Assembly (NCBI GenBank): GCA_964408235.1
Contig: CAYOYN010000001.1
Location: forward strand, 77,450-141,449
DNA: 64,000 bases
Direction: 5' to 3'
Source of the DNA: Candidatus Woesearchaeota archaeon
GTDB lineage: Archaea; Nanobdellota; Nanobdellia; Pacearchaeales; GW2011-AR1
Below the pieces are notes generated by a model. That model saw nothing but the letters and a program-made list of their open reading frames with translations, made no database searches and was not told where the DNA came from. The number at the start of each line of letters is the position of its first letter. The stretch's first letter is position 1. This document shows positions 39,553 through 49,543 of this stretch, one piece after another. The translations under genes and the position numbers were made by a program.

Positions 39553-39572
39553 TTTCTGTCCAGTACATTAAA

Positions 39573-39644
39573 GCGCGGGTAGTATAGTGGTTAGTATACG
39601 ACGTTGCCAACGTTGTGGCCCGGGTTCAATTCCCGGCCCGCGCA
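39573..39644 (+). tRNA. tRNA-Gly (anticodon GCC)
   Basis: Acceptor GCGCGGG/CCCGCGC. D-arm GTAT-loop-(G)TAT. Anticodon arm CGACG-TTGCCAA-CGTTG (U33, GCC, A37). T-arm CCGGG-TTCAATT-CCCGG. Discriminator A. 72 nt, no CCA. Confidence 0.8.
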
Positions 39645-39645
39645 T
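39632..39645 (+). repeat. attL core (cccggcccgcgcat) at the tRNA-Gly 3' end
   Basis: Exact 14-mer reoccurs at 61992-62005. A 14-mer offset by 2 nt reoccurs at 63255-63268. GC-rich in an AT-rich genome. Confidence 0.7.
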
Positions 39646-39784
39646 CATACCTTTCGCGCATCTTCATGCGAACTATTTGATTGTCGCGAACTTTTCTAGA
39701 GGAATTGCATATCATCGATAGCTTCCAATGTATCCGTTCACTCTCGACAATGCTTAAAAGTAAACGAGATCAGACATTAAGTCG

Positions 39785-41002
39785 ATGGCTGACAAGATCG
39801 ACCCACATAAAACTAAAGAAAGATACATGAAGTGGAAGAGTAATGTTTTAACAAATGGAATTCAAGGCTTGAATGAGGATAATTCTAAGATAATTTTGAA
39901 ATACATACAAGACATGGAGCAGGGGATTAACGTTGCTTCCACTAATAAAAGAGGGGCAAGAAGTAGTGCTAGACTAAACAGTGTAAGTACAAGACTCGTT
40001 ACAGTGGCTAAAGGATTATGGGAAAGAAGTAAGATCAATCTTTTAGAAGCAGAAGAATCTCATTTATTTGCATTTTTTGCTGATATGAGAAATGGAACTA
40101 TAAGAAAAAATAATGGTTCTTTATACAAATCTATCGCAGATTATGTAAAAGATGTAAAAGCTTTTTGGCACTGGCACATGAAAGTTAATCGTAAAAATGG
40201 AATAGAAATTAAAGATATAACTTTAGATCTCGATACTAGCAAAGAGAAGCCTGACTGGGTATACTTAACTGAAGATCAAATAAAACAACTTTGTTCTCAT
40301 GCAGACTATAAGTATGAGGTTTTAATTTGGTTTTTGTTTGATACTGGAATACGCTCACCAACAGAATTAGTAAATGTAAAAATATCTGATTTCTTTAATG
40401 ATTTTAAGGAGCTTAATATTAGGGAAGAGATTAGCAAAACCTTTGGGAGAAGAATAAAGCTTATGCTTTGTTCTAACTTAATTAAAGATTACATAAAACA
40501 ACTTAATCTAAAAACCGAAGATTACCTATTTTCTTTAGAACAAAGTGTTGCTAATAGGTATCTGAAGAATTTAGCTAAAAGAGTACTAGGTGAAGGAATT
40601 AGTCCAGCAGGTCAGAAATACTCAGAACTTACAATGTATGATTTTAGACATAACTCTTGCTGTTATTGGCTTCCTAGATATAAGTCTGAATCTGCTCTAA
40701 AATATAGATTTGGCTGGAAGAAGTCAGAGAAGATTCATTATTACTCTGAGCTCTTAGGTATGAGAGACACTATAACTCAAGATGATATGTTAGTAGATGT
40801 AACTAAGACTGAAATTGAGCAGAGATTAACCAAATCTGAAAGAGAAAAGATGTTAATGAAAGATGAAATGGTTGATATGAGAAATCAAATATTAACTATG
40901 GGTAATTTGACAAAACAAATATATTTGGTTCTTTCAGAAGAGCAGAAGGCTAAGTTAGCAATGCAGATAAAGATTAAAAAAAGTTATTTTGAAGATGGAT
41001 GA
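39785..41002 (+). CDS. int: Tyrosine recombinase / integrase
   Basis: C-terminal catalytic domain pattern: R (DTGIRSPTEL), H-x-x-R (YDFRHNSCCYW), terminal Tyr region (EKIHYYSELLG). Position next to a tRNA gene. Confidence 0.8.
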   Translation: MADKIDPHKTKERYMKWKSNVLTNGIQGLNEDNSKIILKYIQDMEQGINVASTNKRGARSSARLNSVSTRLVTVAKGLWERSKINLLEAEESHLFAFFADMRNGTIRKNNGSLYKSIADYVKDVKAFWHWHMKVNRKNGIEIKDITLDLDTSKEKPDWVYLTEDQIKQLCSHADYKYEVLIWFLFDTGIRSPTELVNVKISDFFNDFKELNIREEISKTFGRRIKLMLCSNLIKDYIKQLNLKTEDYLFSLEQSVANRYLKNLAKRVLGEGISPAGQKYSELTMYDFRHNSCCYWLPRYKSESALKYRFGWKKSEKIHYYSELLGMRDTITQDDMLVDVTKTEIEQRLTKSEREKMLMKDEMVDMRNQILTMGNLTKQIYLVLSEEQKAKLAMQIKIKKSYFEDG

Positions 41003-41031
41003 TTCAGAAGATTTGATTAATTTGACTTACT

Positions 41032-41754
41032 TCAACTTTTATCCTCCATTCCTTTTTGCAAAATCATTATCTGATCTTCTAAATGAATAAGCTCGTTTAT
41101 CTCTCTTGCATAAAGACGTTTTATTAACTCGTAAAAGCATGTATAAAATGATTTAACCCATTTATGATAAATTTCTACCACTTCTTTTAGATCAATATTT
41201 TCTTTTTTATTTTCAAGATAAGATCGTGATTCGCGACTCCATCCTTTCCAATCTAAAAGGTTGGTCTTATCAAGAAGAATATCTTGTTTATAGATTCCCT
41301 TGCCAGTCTGATTTAGTCCGGTAACAAGCATTCTTGCTGATATAAATGGTAACTTATAATGCTGAACAAAGTTTCTAAGTTCTTGAATAAAGAGAGATTT
41401 TTCATCTATTTTTAATTCTTTTACTAGTAATTTATGACCTTCAGAGAGTTTTTCATTGTTTAAGTCTCTTAAAAAATTGCGGGTGTGTTCTATTAAAGAA
41501 AATATGCTGAGAGAATAATTATGTAAAAGTCTCAACATTTCTTTTTGTAAAGAATCAAGCTTATCTCTATATTCTATAGACCAGAGATTTAAATCTTTTT
41601 CATAATCTTCAATAAGGTTCAATAAATCTTCATAATTTTTATCTAATATATACTGTGAATTTTGCAAGTTCATTACTTTATAAGTTATTTTCGTTCCTTC
41701 AAGCTGATCTCTCTTCTTAATTAATTCAATCCATAATTTAGCCCGCTCGCTCAT
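41032..41754 (-). CDS. Hypothetical protein co-transcribed with hsdM
   Basis: 240-aa ORF. 4-nt overlap with the hsdM start. Confidence 0.5.
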   Translation of the reverse strand: MSERAKLWIELIKKRDQLEGTKITYKVMNLQNSQYILDKNYEDLLNLIEDYEKDLNLWSIEYRDKLDSLQKEMLRLLHNYSLSIFSLIEHTRNFLRDLNNEKLSEGHKLLVKELKIDEKSLFIQELRNFVQHYKLPFISARMLVTGLNQTGKGIYKQDILLDKTNLLDWKGWSRESRSYLENKKENIDLKEVVEIYHKWVKSFYTCFYELIKRLYAREINELIHLEDQIMILQKGMEDKS

Positions 41755-43226
41755 ATATCTAACCCATTTAGATCTTTTATTATCTCCTCTTCTAACTCCA
41801 AGATTTTCTTCTTCAAAACTTCAGGTTTCTCATACTTTTGCTCTTCGTATTCATCTTCCTTATATTTTGAGATGGTTAAGTCAAACTCATTATCTTCAAT
41901 TTCCTTAGTCGAAACAAAGAAGTGTTTCTTTTTTCTATTAGTATTATCTTCTTCATATCTATTAGAGAATCTTTCAATTATATCAGGAATGTCATTCTTA
42001 TCAGGTTGAGGAGTTCTTTTGTCATCAAAACTATAACCGTCAGCTTGCATTTTATAAAACCAAACTTTCTGCGTAGGTTCTCCTTTTTGGAATATTAAGA
42101 TAGCAGTTTGTACTCCTGCATACGGCTTGAAAACTCCGGAAGGCATAGAAATGACTGCATCTAACCTACAGTCTTTGATAAGCAACTTTCTAATGTCTTT
42201 ATGAGATTTAGAATTACCAAATAAAACTCCTTCTGGAACAATGACTGCGCATCTTCCCGTAGGCGCTAATACTTGACGGATTAGTTCTAAAAATAATAGT
42301 TCTGTCTTCTTTGTCTTAATTTTAGACAGCCTATCACTTATTTCAGCCTCATTTATACTTCCCTTGAAAGGAGGATTCGCAAGGACTACATCAAACATGT
42401 TTACCGCTAATTTATCCTCTCCAATTTTTGATAATGTGTTAAGCCTATCTATCTTAGGCTTTTGTAAGCCGTGCATTATAAGATTCATTAAAGCTATTCT
42501 AGTCATAGTCTCATCAATATCATATCCCCAAATTGAATCGTTATCTAAGATTTCTTTCTGTTTTTGAGTTAAAGTACTAACGCCGTCTTTCTTATTGTTC
42601 TCGAGAATATATTCATAAGAGTTAACCAAAAATCCTCCAGTTCCACAAGCAGGATCTAAAATAGTCTCACCATATTTTGGTTTAACAAGATCAATCATCA
42701 TCTTGATTATGTGCCTAGGAGTTCTGAATTGTCCATTCTTACCTGAACTTTGTAACTCGCTTAGAAGATACTCATAAATGTCTCCTTGTGTATCTCGATT
42801 CTGTTCTTTAATATGCATATCGTTGATGATATTGACTGCTTCTATCAAGAGTGAAGCGGTAGGGATACCAAAATTGGCATTTTTCATATATTGAGCGTAA
42901 AGAGAATTTTCTCCGCCTAAATTTCTCATAAATGGAAATACCTTATCTCTAACGTGATCTAATATTTCCTGAGCAGGAAGGCCAGTCCATTCGTTCCATT
43001 TACAATTCTCGTGTCCTTCAAAAATAGATTTATGTTTCTTTCCCATAAAAGAAGCTTCTTGTACTTTTTTATTATCTTCGTCTTCCAATTTCTTCATAAA
43101 TATGAGATAAGACATCTGCATGATTGCTTCTATCGGGTTAGTCAATCCTCCAGACCAGAATCTATCCCATAGCTTTCTTATTTGTGATTTGAGTGTTGCG
43201 TCTAACATGTTAATAATGCCCTCCAC
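41751..43226 (-). CDS. hsdM: Type I restriction-modification system, DNA methyltransferase subunit M
   Basis: N6-adenine MTase motifs: motif I (LDPACGTGGFLV), motif IV (NPPF in VLANPPFKGS). HsdM N-terminal domain. Confidence 0.9.
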   Translation of the reverse strand: MEGIINMLDATLKSQIRKLWDRFWSGGLTNPIEAIMQMSYLIFMKKLEDEDNKKVQEASFMGKKHKSIFEGHENCKWNEWTGLPAQEILDHVRDKVFPFMRNLGGENSLYAQYMKNANFGIPTASLLIEAVNIINDMHIKEQNRDTQGDIYEYLLSELQSSGKNGQFRTPRHIIKMMIDLVKPKYGETILDPACGTGGFLVNSYEYILENNKKDGVSTLTQKQKEILDNDSIWGYDIDETMTRIALMNLIMHGLQKPKIDRLNTLSKIGEDKLAVNMFDVVLANPPFKGSINEAEISDRLSKIKTKKTELLFLELIRQVLAPTGRCAVIVPEGVLFGNSKSHKDIRKLLIKDCRLDAVISMPSGVFKPYAGVQTAILIFQKGEPTQKVWFYKMQADGYSFDDKRTPQPDKNDIPDIIERFSNRYEEDNTNRKKKHFFVSTKEIEDNEFDLTISKYKEDEYEEQKYEKPEVLKKKILELEEEIIKDLNGLDI

Positions 43227-43623
43227 TATTTCGAGTTGAAAAGTAAATTATTATAAAAATAACAACCAGTGCTGCTGAGCCTATTAAGAATATTCCTGGG
43301 AAAGTTTCATTCCAAAATCTATCAGAGGCAGCTATTTCTGCTAACTGGGCTTGCAATTTCCTATCTTGAATTTGTTGATTTAACCTTTCAACTATCGAGG
43401 TGTCTTTCGTTCTAAAACATAATCTATTTCCTTCGGTTTGAGTATAACTTACTTGAACTCCCTGTGCAGCTACCGAGATATCCGACCGACTTATATCTTC
43501 AAAACAATATTCTGGACCATTCAAGACTGTTTGAAACCATCCATCAAAACCCTGGTAGATACTGCTTCCAAAGAAGAATAAAGCAATTAATCCGCCAGCG
43601 ATTAACAACATCTTTAGATTCAT
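43210..43623 (-). CDS. Small membrane protein inserted between hsdM and hsdS
   Basis: 137 aa. N- and C-terminal TM helices. Overlaps both neighbours. Confidence 0.5.
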   Translation of the reverse strand: MNLKMLLIAGGLIALFFFGSSIYQGFDGWFQTVLNGPEYCFEDISRSDISVAAQGVQVSYTQTEGNRLCFRTKDTSIVERLNQQIQDRKLQAQLAEIAASDRFWNETFPGIFLIGSAALVVIFIIIYFSTRNSGGHY

Positions 43624-44753
43624 GATACTAGTCCTCCATTAAACGCTTTTTGCATTAATGAATTGAACATTTCCCCAATATAATCTTTGTTCTTTAGTTG
43701 TTTTTCTTTCATTTTTTCAACATGTTCAATAATTGCAGCAAATTTATTTTGAAGTTCTATTGGAGGAAGAGGTATTTTTAGAGCCTTTATCTGTTTCAAA
43801 TAAAGACCTCTAACTGTTGCAGTATTGGTTCCTCCAATCATATAAGAAGTCATATTTGGTAAAGAAAGCATAGACTCGACAAATCTAGGGTTTACCTTTG
43901 TTTTATTTAATTTGAGTAAAGCCACACTTCTAGCAAATACAAATTTATCTTTTACATCAATTCTTTTTACTCTTCCAATTGTTCCAACACAAGTAATCAA
44001 TATATCATTAAATTCTGGTAGACATCTACGTGTTATTGAACTATAAGTTTCCTCAGTAACGAATGAGTTAACCTCGAGATTTATTGAATTATTAATGTCT
44101 TTAGCAGAAATGTAGGGGATGCCTTCATCAACTAGATTCGGAGTTGAATGTTCACCATCAGTTACCTTATTACAAATTTCTTCTACTGTACTGACTCTCC
44201 ATTTTTTTTTATTGTGTAATGGATCTCCAAACATCTCATAAAACATACTCTTCTGATATTCATGTGTAAATTTATCTGCCATTTCTCTTTTTTGTTTTAA
44301 GGCTTCAGCTTTTTCGAGAATTGCGACTATTTTATTTTGGGTTTCGATAGGGGGAAGTAAAATACTAAGGTCCTTTAGAAATTTGTAATGCCTACTATAT
44401 CCGGCCGAAGGTATGTCTGCCTTTCTCAGAGCATAGTAAAAATACTTACAATGAATATTATCCTTAGGAACTAATATTTTAACTCCATCCGCTCCAATTG
44501 CAAATGGAAAATCAACAAATTTTAGAATTCTAGTGTGATCTCCAAATACTACGACTGGAAGTTTGCCTGAGTAGACTTTAGAATTATCATTGGTGTATCC
44601 GGCAATAAAATTTTCTCCTTGATCAATGATAGGATATTCACCATTATCTAGAAATTCACTTTGCGGAATTTTTAATTTATTTTCAGACGCTTCTCCTTCT
44701 AAACAATCTAAAAAATCTTCTTTCTTCCAGCTAAGTTCTTTTTCAGTTTTCAT
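43620..44753 (-). CDS. hsdS: Type I restriction-modification system, specificity subunit S
   Basis: Two target-recognition halves, each followed by conserved helical repeats (QNKIVAILEKAEALKQKR / QNKFAAIIEHVEKMKEKQ). Confidence 0.85.
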   Translation of the reverse strand: MKTEKELSWKKEDFLDCLEGEASENKLKIPQSEFLDNGEYPIIDQGENFIAGYTNDNSKVYSGKLPVVVFGDHTRILKFVDFPFAIGADGVKILVPKDNIHCKYFYYALRKADIPSAGYSRHYKFLKDLSILLPPIETQNKIVAILEKAEALKQKREMADKFTHEYQKSMFYEMFGDPLHNKKKWRVSTVEEICNKVTDGEHSTPNLVDEGIPYISAKDINNSINLEVNSFVTEETYSSITRRCLPEFNDILITCVGTIGRVKRIDVKDKFVFARSVALLKLNKTKVNPRFVESMLSLPNMTSYMIGGTNTATVRGLYLKQIKALKIPLPPIELQNKFAAIIEHVEKMKEKQLKNKDYIGEMFNSLMQKAFNGGLVS

Positions 44754-45570
44754 TTGCCTTCACCATAAATAGTTGTTTGAACATCTCGAATATTTTATTA
44801 TTAAGACCTTCAGATAAATTCAGTTTTTGATCATTAACGAGTTCTTCTTCAGCGAATCTTATTAGACTAAGGCCACTGATAGAAATTAATGCAAAACATC
44901 TGAACAAATGAGATTTTTCAGCAAATTCTTTTTCTAAATTATTCAATGCGATACTAGGGTGATGATAAAGGGACATATCTCTAAAGAATCCATCCAGCTG
45001 AGATTTCTTAATGGAATTTCCTTTAAAGGTTAAAAAATATTTCTCGATAAATTCTGGCAGATTATTTTCGTTTATATTGGGAAATAATTCGTGCCAAATT
45101 TTATGGATCTTTTCATGAGGATAGTTATCCTCTTTTAACTTAGAAAAATTATTTTTTCCACTGCTTTCATCCATAATGTCCAAGAATTTTTGATAATCTA
45201 AATTCCCCATCTTCCCACCAACGAAACCTATAGAACATAAGAAATATTTTATAGCGAGATCTTTTTTTTCATTTTCTCTCAGATGATTGTAATATACTAT
45301 ATCGGCTGATTGCTCAATAGTTACCCTTACCCATGGTTGCACCAATGGATTTTCAATATTCTCACTTAATGTTTTAAATAATTTCCAGAAGCCTTCAAAG
45401 AGATAGTAAAAAAATAAATCTGGCTCTGTTAAGATCTGTTCAACAGGCCTATTTGAAAATTTATTGTTTCTCTCCTTTAAAATATTAGTAATCTTTTGGC
45501 CAGCCCTATAAATCTCGTTTAAGACTTCTTGTGATTTTTCAATTCTATCTCCCATCATTTCATCCTCCAT
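44743..45570 (-). CDS. Hypothetical protein embedded in type I RM locus
   Basis: 275-aa soluble ORF. Overlapping starts/stops with neighbours. Confidence 0.5.
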   Translation of the reverse strand: MEDEMMGDRIEKSQEVLNEIYRAGQKITNILKERNNKFSNRPVEQILTEPDLFFYYLFEGFWKLFKTLSENIENPLVQPWVRVTIEQSADIVYYNHLRENEKKDLAIKYFLCSIGFVGGKMGNLDYQKFLDIMDESSGKNNFSKLKEDNYPHEKIHKIWHELFPNINENNLPEFIEKYFLTFKGNSIKKSQLDGFFRDMSLYHHPSIALNNLEKEFAEKSHLFRCFALISISGLSLIRFAEEELVNDQKLNLSEGLNNKIFEMFKQLFMVKANEN

Positions 45571-45941
45571 TTTGTGTATCCATCTATGGGATAAGTTGCT
45601 AGTTTTTTATTTGCTATCTTGAATCTTTCTAGATTTGATGAAGTGTTGCCTTTATTTCTAAAGTCTTGCTCTAAGTTTTTGAAATCTGCCGCCAGTTCAC
45701 GGTAGCCGTGTAGCTTCTCTATTTTCTCTTTAAAAACTAAAGGGAGGATAGTACAAATAAGAGCAAATGATCCCATAATGAATATTATCAAAGCGTTATT
45801 TATCCAATTCCCAAGAAGAATAATGCTTATAATTATTGATGCAAGAATCCATAAAGTATAAAGTAGCGAATATCTATTAGCAATCATCTCCAAGGATTCC
45901 GATATATGCAGACACTTATTGCAATTTGTATTTTTACTCAT
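45555..45941 (-). CDS. Membrane protein embedded in type I RM locus
   Basis: 128 aa, 2 TM then soluble tail. Confidence 0.45.
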   Translation of the reverse strand: MSKNTNCNKCLHISESLEMIANRYSLLYTLWILASIIISIILLGNWINNALIIFIMGSFALICTILPLVFKEKIEKLHGYRELAADFKNLEQDFRNKGNTSSNLERFKIANKKLATYPIDGYTKWRMK

Positions 45942-46153
45942 CTTTTGTTAATTGCCTCCCAAACTGAGACAATGATCATAAGAATGAATAACAATGCAAG
46001 AACTCCTCCAAGAGCACCAAATACACTAAATGCTTCAAAAAAATTAGAAATGATCCCTGAGGAAAATATTAGCCCTATAAATATGAAAAATATTATAATT
46101 CCACCTATAGCTTGCACAACATTTTCAACATCACTTCTTCCTTTCTTGTTCAT
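45938..46153 (-). CDS. Small membrane protein
   Basis: 71 aa, 2 TM. 4-nt overlaps with both neighbours on the same strand. Confidence 0.4.
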   Translation of the reverse strand: MNKKGRSDVENVVQAIGGIIIFFIFIGLIFSSGIISNFFEAFSVFGALGGVLALLFILMIIVSVWEAINKR

Positions 46154-46338
46154 CTTCGACCTCCAAGACCAAGCAAAGTAGCAATTATTGCAATTACTAT
46201 TAGAATTCCAATTATTATACCATAAAAGCCCATTGCTGAGCCGAAACCACTAATTATTTCTCCAAATGCTCCAGTTGATGCTATGAGCAGAACTACAACA
46301 ATGCCAAAAGCTAATGCGATTATTGCTTTGAGTTTCAT
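46150..46338 (-). CDS. Small membrane protein
   Basis: 62 aa, 2 TM, G/A/I-rich. Confidence 0.4.
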   Translation of the reverse strand: MKLKAIIALAFGIVVVLLIASTGAFGEIISGFGSAMGFYGIIIGILIVIAIIATLLGLGGRR

Positions 46339-46703
46339 TCTACAAAGTCCCGAGGAACAGCCACGCTATCTCCCTTATGTTTGTGTATGAGTTGCTCGCG
46401 TTCTTTGAGCTTTAATTGGATCTCTTTCTGAAGTTGCTCTAGAAACTCAGAGTTTATATCTTCTGAAACAACTGCTTCCTTACCCATATCTGTTTTGACT
46501 TTCCAGGTGAATTTGTCCAGATCAGGAATATATTCAATGAGATTTCTACCAGCTACCTGAGATACATTGCCAGTCTCAAGCATCCCTTTAACAGAGTCCC
46601 TTACAAATGTAGATACATTGTCGTATCCAATATGGTTTGCGAATTTTTTAATCGCTTCAAAGTCACCCGAGTCCCATCGAACAGCCACTACTTTATTAGT
46701 CAT
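46335..46703 (-). CDS. Hypothetical protein immediately downstream of hsdR
   Basis: 122 aa. 4-nt overlap with the next gene. Confidence 0.45.
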   Translation of the reverse strand: MTNKVVAVRWDSGDFEAIKKFANHIGYDNVSTFVRDSVKGMLETGNVSQVAGRNLIEYIPDLDKFTWKVKTDMGKEAVVSEDINSEFLEQLQKEIQLKLKEREQLIHKHKGDSVAVPRDFVE

Positions 46704-46761
46704 GCCAACTGGAGAAAATCGGACTTTATAAGCTTTATTGTAATACGGCGTATTACAACTT

Positions 46762-49497
46762 TTATTGGATCCTTATACGTTCTACCTGCTTGATAATAGT
46801 ATCAAGCTGTTCAGGAGTGAATTTCTCAAGAGGTCTTTCATCAGCTAAAGGATAGGAAACAAGGTCCTTCTTATCAAGGTGTTTGTTTATAGCAAAGAAA
46901 GAAGCTAGAATTCTTAAAAACTGAATTTGGTCAGCATTGTACTCTTTATTCTTCACAATAATAAGCCCATCAAATTGTCTTCTGATTTCCTCTTCTGGGT
47001 TAGGCAAGTCATGGAGTTCTAAAATATTTCTTAGGAACATAACAAAGTCTTGATTTTTTTGAATGTTTTCCAGAGACCATTGAGAGTTAAGTTTAGAAAG
47101 ATCTTGCGATATTTGTAAGAGTTCTTTCCAGGTAACTCCTTCTTTTGCCATCTTAGAAACAAGAGGATTCTGCTTAAACTTTTCAAAGGCAGGATTTTCT
47201 TTGATCTCCATTTTTGACCGCTCAATATTTAATATAAAGTCTGGAGCATCTACCTTGAGAATACGATTTCTCTCTTTTTCATAGAAGATCATTAATGGGG
47301 CTATCTCACGTATCAAGAAATCAATATCTTCAAAACTTATTTCTTCCCAGAAACTATCTTGCAAGACTTTTATGATCTGTTCTGATTTTCTCTTTACAGT
47401 TTCTAAGTTTGTTGCCCAGACACTTTCAACTCTTTTTTTAACAAAATCTTTTTCTTTATCTATGGCTTCAAGGTTACTTTCTTTAACGTATTTGAAGAGC
47501 TCTGTACAATGTAAAATAAACGTCTGAACTCTGCCATCTCCAAACTCAGAAAACTTTAACAGAGGAGCAACTTCATTCTTTAGTTCTTGTATATGTTCTT
47601 CTAAGTTATATTTCTTAGAAACTACTTTCTTAATCATCTCAGCTTTCGGTTTAACAATAAAAGACTTCTGGTCTATCTTTGATAATTCTCCGACTATTCG
47701 AGTTTCAATAATTTTTTTTTCTTCAGGACTTAATTTTTTCTTAAGAAGCTCCAACTCTTTTTCAAATATTTTTATCCTAACATCTTCTGTTAATTTCTTG
47801 TTATCGGAAGTTTCTAGTTTATGTTCTTTAACATTAGAATAATCTCCGAACTTAAAATCGAATATTCTGAAGTCTTTCTTATCATGAACATCATCGAAAA
47901 CAGGTAACCATTTAATTCCTTGAGGATTACTTATCGCAGATTGGTTTCTTGTTCCTCTACCAACCATTTGCCAAAATCTGATGTAAGAAAAAACAGGTGT
48001 AACAAATACAAGATTGCAAACTTCGGGAATATCAACACCAGTATCAAGAACTCCAACCGAAAGAGCTATTCTGGGGCTGGATTCTTTTTGGAATCTTTCA
48101 ACAGCATCCATATATCGATCATAACGAGAAACTATTACTTCTACGTCTTTTGCCTCAACATTGGGATATAATCGTTTGAAAGTGCCTCTTAAAGCTTCAG
48201 CATGCTTCACATTAATGCAGAAGAAAATAGTTTTACACGGCTTACCATCATCAGACTTATAACATCGATTCATAAACTCAGTGACAATTAAAGAGTTAGT
48301 TTTCTCATCAGTAAAATGCTTAACGAATTTTGTTCCAGGAATCTCAAAGTGTTCTGGATCTTCATCTTGCTTAATCAAATTTGTCTTAAGTTCTTTATCT
48401 AAGTCCATTCCTCTAATTCCTAATCCAAGAACTTTTGTTTCGATAACCTGGGCATCATAAGGGACAAGAACAGCATCTTTAACTGCTTCGTCATAACTAT
48501 ATTCAACAGTAGGTTTTCCTCTTTCACATTCAAATAAATCATAAGTGTTTTTTGCTTCGCTCTTTGAAGGTGTTGCAGTTAGTCCTATATTAAGAGAATC
48601 GAAATATTTCATCACTAGATTTTGCCTATCATAATAAGATCTATGTGCTTCATCAAATACTATTAAATCAAAAAATCCTGGTCCAAATTTTTGAAAATAA
48701 AATCCTCCTTCAGGACTTTTAGCCATTAGAGTTTGAACTGTTGAAACATATATTCTTTTATCTTTAGAAAACTCTTGTTCATTTAACAAACAAGCAGGCT
48801 CACTATGAAGAAATTTCTGGAATCCCTTATAGAAAGCATTTCTACCTAAAGAGATTCTATCCACAACAAACAATACATTTTGAACACGTTTAGCTCTAAT
48901 AAGAGATTCGATAATCGCAACAGCAACTCTTGTTTTTCCAGTTCCGGTTGCCATATTAATTAGAGCTTTTCTGTGCCCTAAACTGAAGTGTTCTAAAGTT
49001 CTTCTAGTAACTTCTATTCCTTTAGATCTATCAACAATGTTAGTATTAACTTCTAGTTTCAAGAGATCTTTTTTATTTTTGTATAAATCATACTTTCTCT
49101 TGAGATCTTTTTGGGAAAATGGTCCGGCAACTTCTCTTAATCCATAATCCTTTTCTTTAATATACCATTTCTTACCATTAGTAAGAAATATTGGAATCGG
49201 ATAACCTGTTTGGGCTTCCACGTCTTTTTGATAAGTTGTTGCTTGAATAACTCCCTTCTCTGCGTCTAACGAAAATCTTTTAGCTTCTATAACTGCTAAA
49301 GGAGTGTTATCTTCCCAAACAAGTAAGTAGTCCATGAACCTTCCTGAAGCATCTTTAAAATAATATTCGAATTTTCCAACTTTGAACTTAGAAGAAACAG
49401 AATTAACTTCTTTCTTAACATATTTATCAAGCCATCCTTCTTCTTTTAGGAGTGGATCAATGTGCCTTTCTCGCGTTTCTTTCTCGGATAGGTCCAT
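46762..49497 (-). CDS. hsdR: Type I restriction enzyme, R subunit (helicase-nuclease)
   Basis: N-terminal PD-(D/E)xK (LLVWED...VIEAKRF). Walker A (ATGTGKTRVAVA). DEAH-box (VFDEAHRS). SF2 helicase motifs (TATP, QMVGRGTR). Confidence 0.9.
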   Translation of the reverse strand: MDLSEKETRERHIDPLLKEEGWLDKYVKKEVNSVSSKFKVGKFEYYFKDASGRFMDYLLVWEDNTPLAVIEAKRFSLDAEKGVIQATTYQKDVEAQTGYPIPIFLTNGKKWYIKEKDYGLREVAGPFSQKDLKRKYDLYKNKKDLLKLEVNTNIVDRSKGIEVTRRTLEHFSLGHRKALINMATGTGKTRVAVAIIESLIRAKRVQNVLFVVDRISLGRNAFYKGFQKFLHSEPACLLNEQEFSKDKRIYVSTVQTLMAKSPEGGFYFQKFGPGFFDLIVFDEAHRSYYDRQNLVMKYFDSLNIGLTATPSKSEAKNTYDLFECERGKPTVEYSYDEAVKDAVLVPYDAQVIETKVLGLGIRGMDLDKELKTNLIKQDEDPEHFEIPGTKFVKHFTDEKTNSLIVTEFMNRCYKSDDGKPCKTIFFCINVKHAEALRGTFKRLYPNVEAKDVEVIVSRYDRYMDAVERFQKESSPRIALSVGVLDTGVDIPEVCNLVFVTPVFSYIRFWQMVGRGTRNQSAISNPQGIKWLPVFDDVHDKKDFRIFDFKFGDYSNVKEHKLETSDNKKLTEDVRIKIFEKELELLKKKLSPEEKKIIETRIVGELSKIDQKSFIVKPKAEMIKKVVSKKYNLEEHIQELKNEVAPLLKFSEFGDGRVQTFILHCTELFKYVKESNLEAIDKEKDFVKKRVESVWATNLETVKRKSEQIIKVLQDSFWEEISFEDIDFLIREIAPLMIFYEKERNRILKVDAPDFILNIERSKMEIKENPAFEKFKQNPLVSKMAKEGVTWKELLQISQDLSKLNSQWSLENIQKNQDFVMFLRNILELHDLPNPEEEIRRQFDGLIIVKNKEYNADQIQFLRILASFFAINKHLDKKDLVSYPLADERPLEKFTPEQLDTIIKQVERIRIQ

Positions 49498-49543
49498 TTT
49501 ATAATGACTATTTTGTTCTATAAAAAACTATCCCACCTAGATA

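Noticed and set aside
45906-46181. Plus-strand 91-aa ORF overlapping the small membrane-protein genes
   Set aside because: The minus-strand ORFs 45938-46153 and 46150-46338 have 4-nt overlaps with their same-strand neighbours and clean 2-TM architecture. The plus-strand frame is their antisense.
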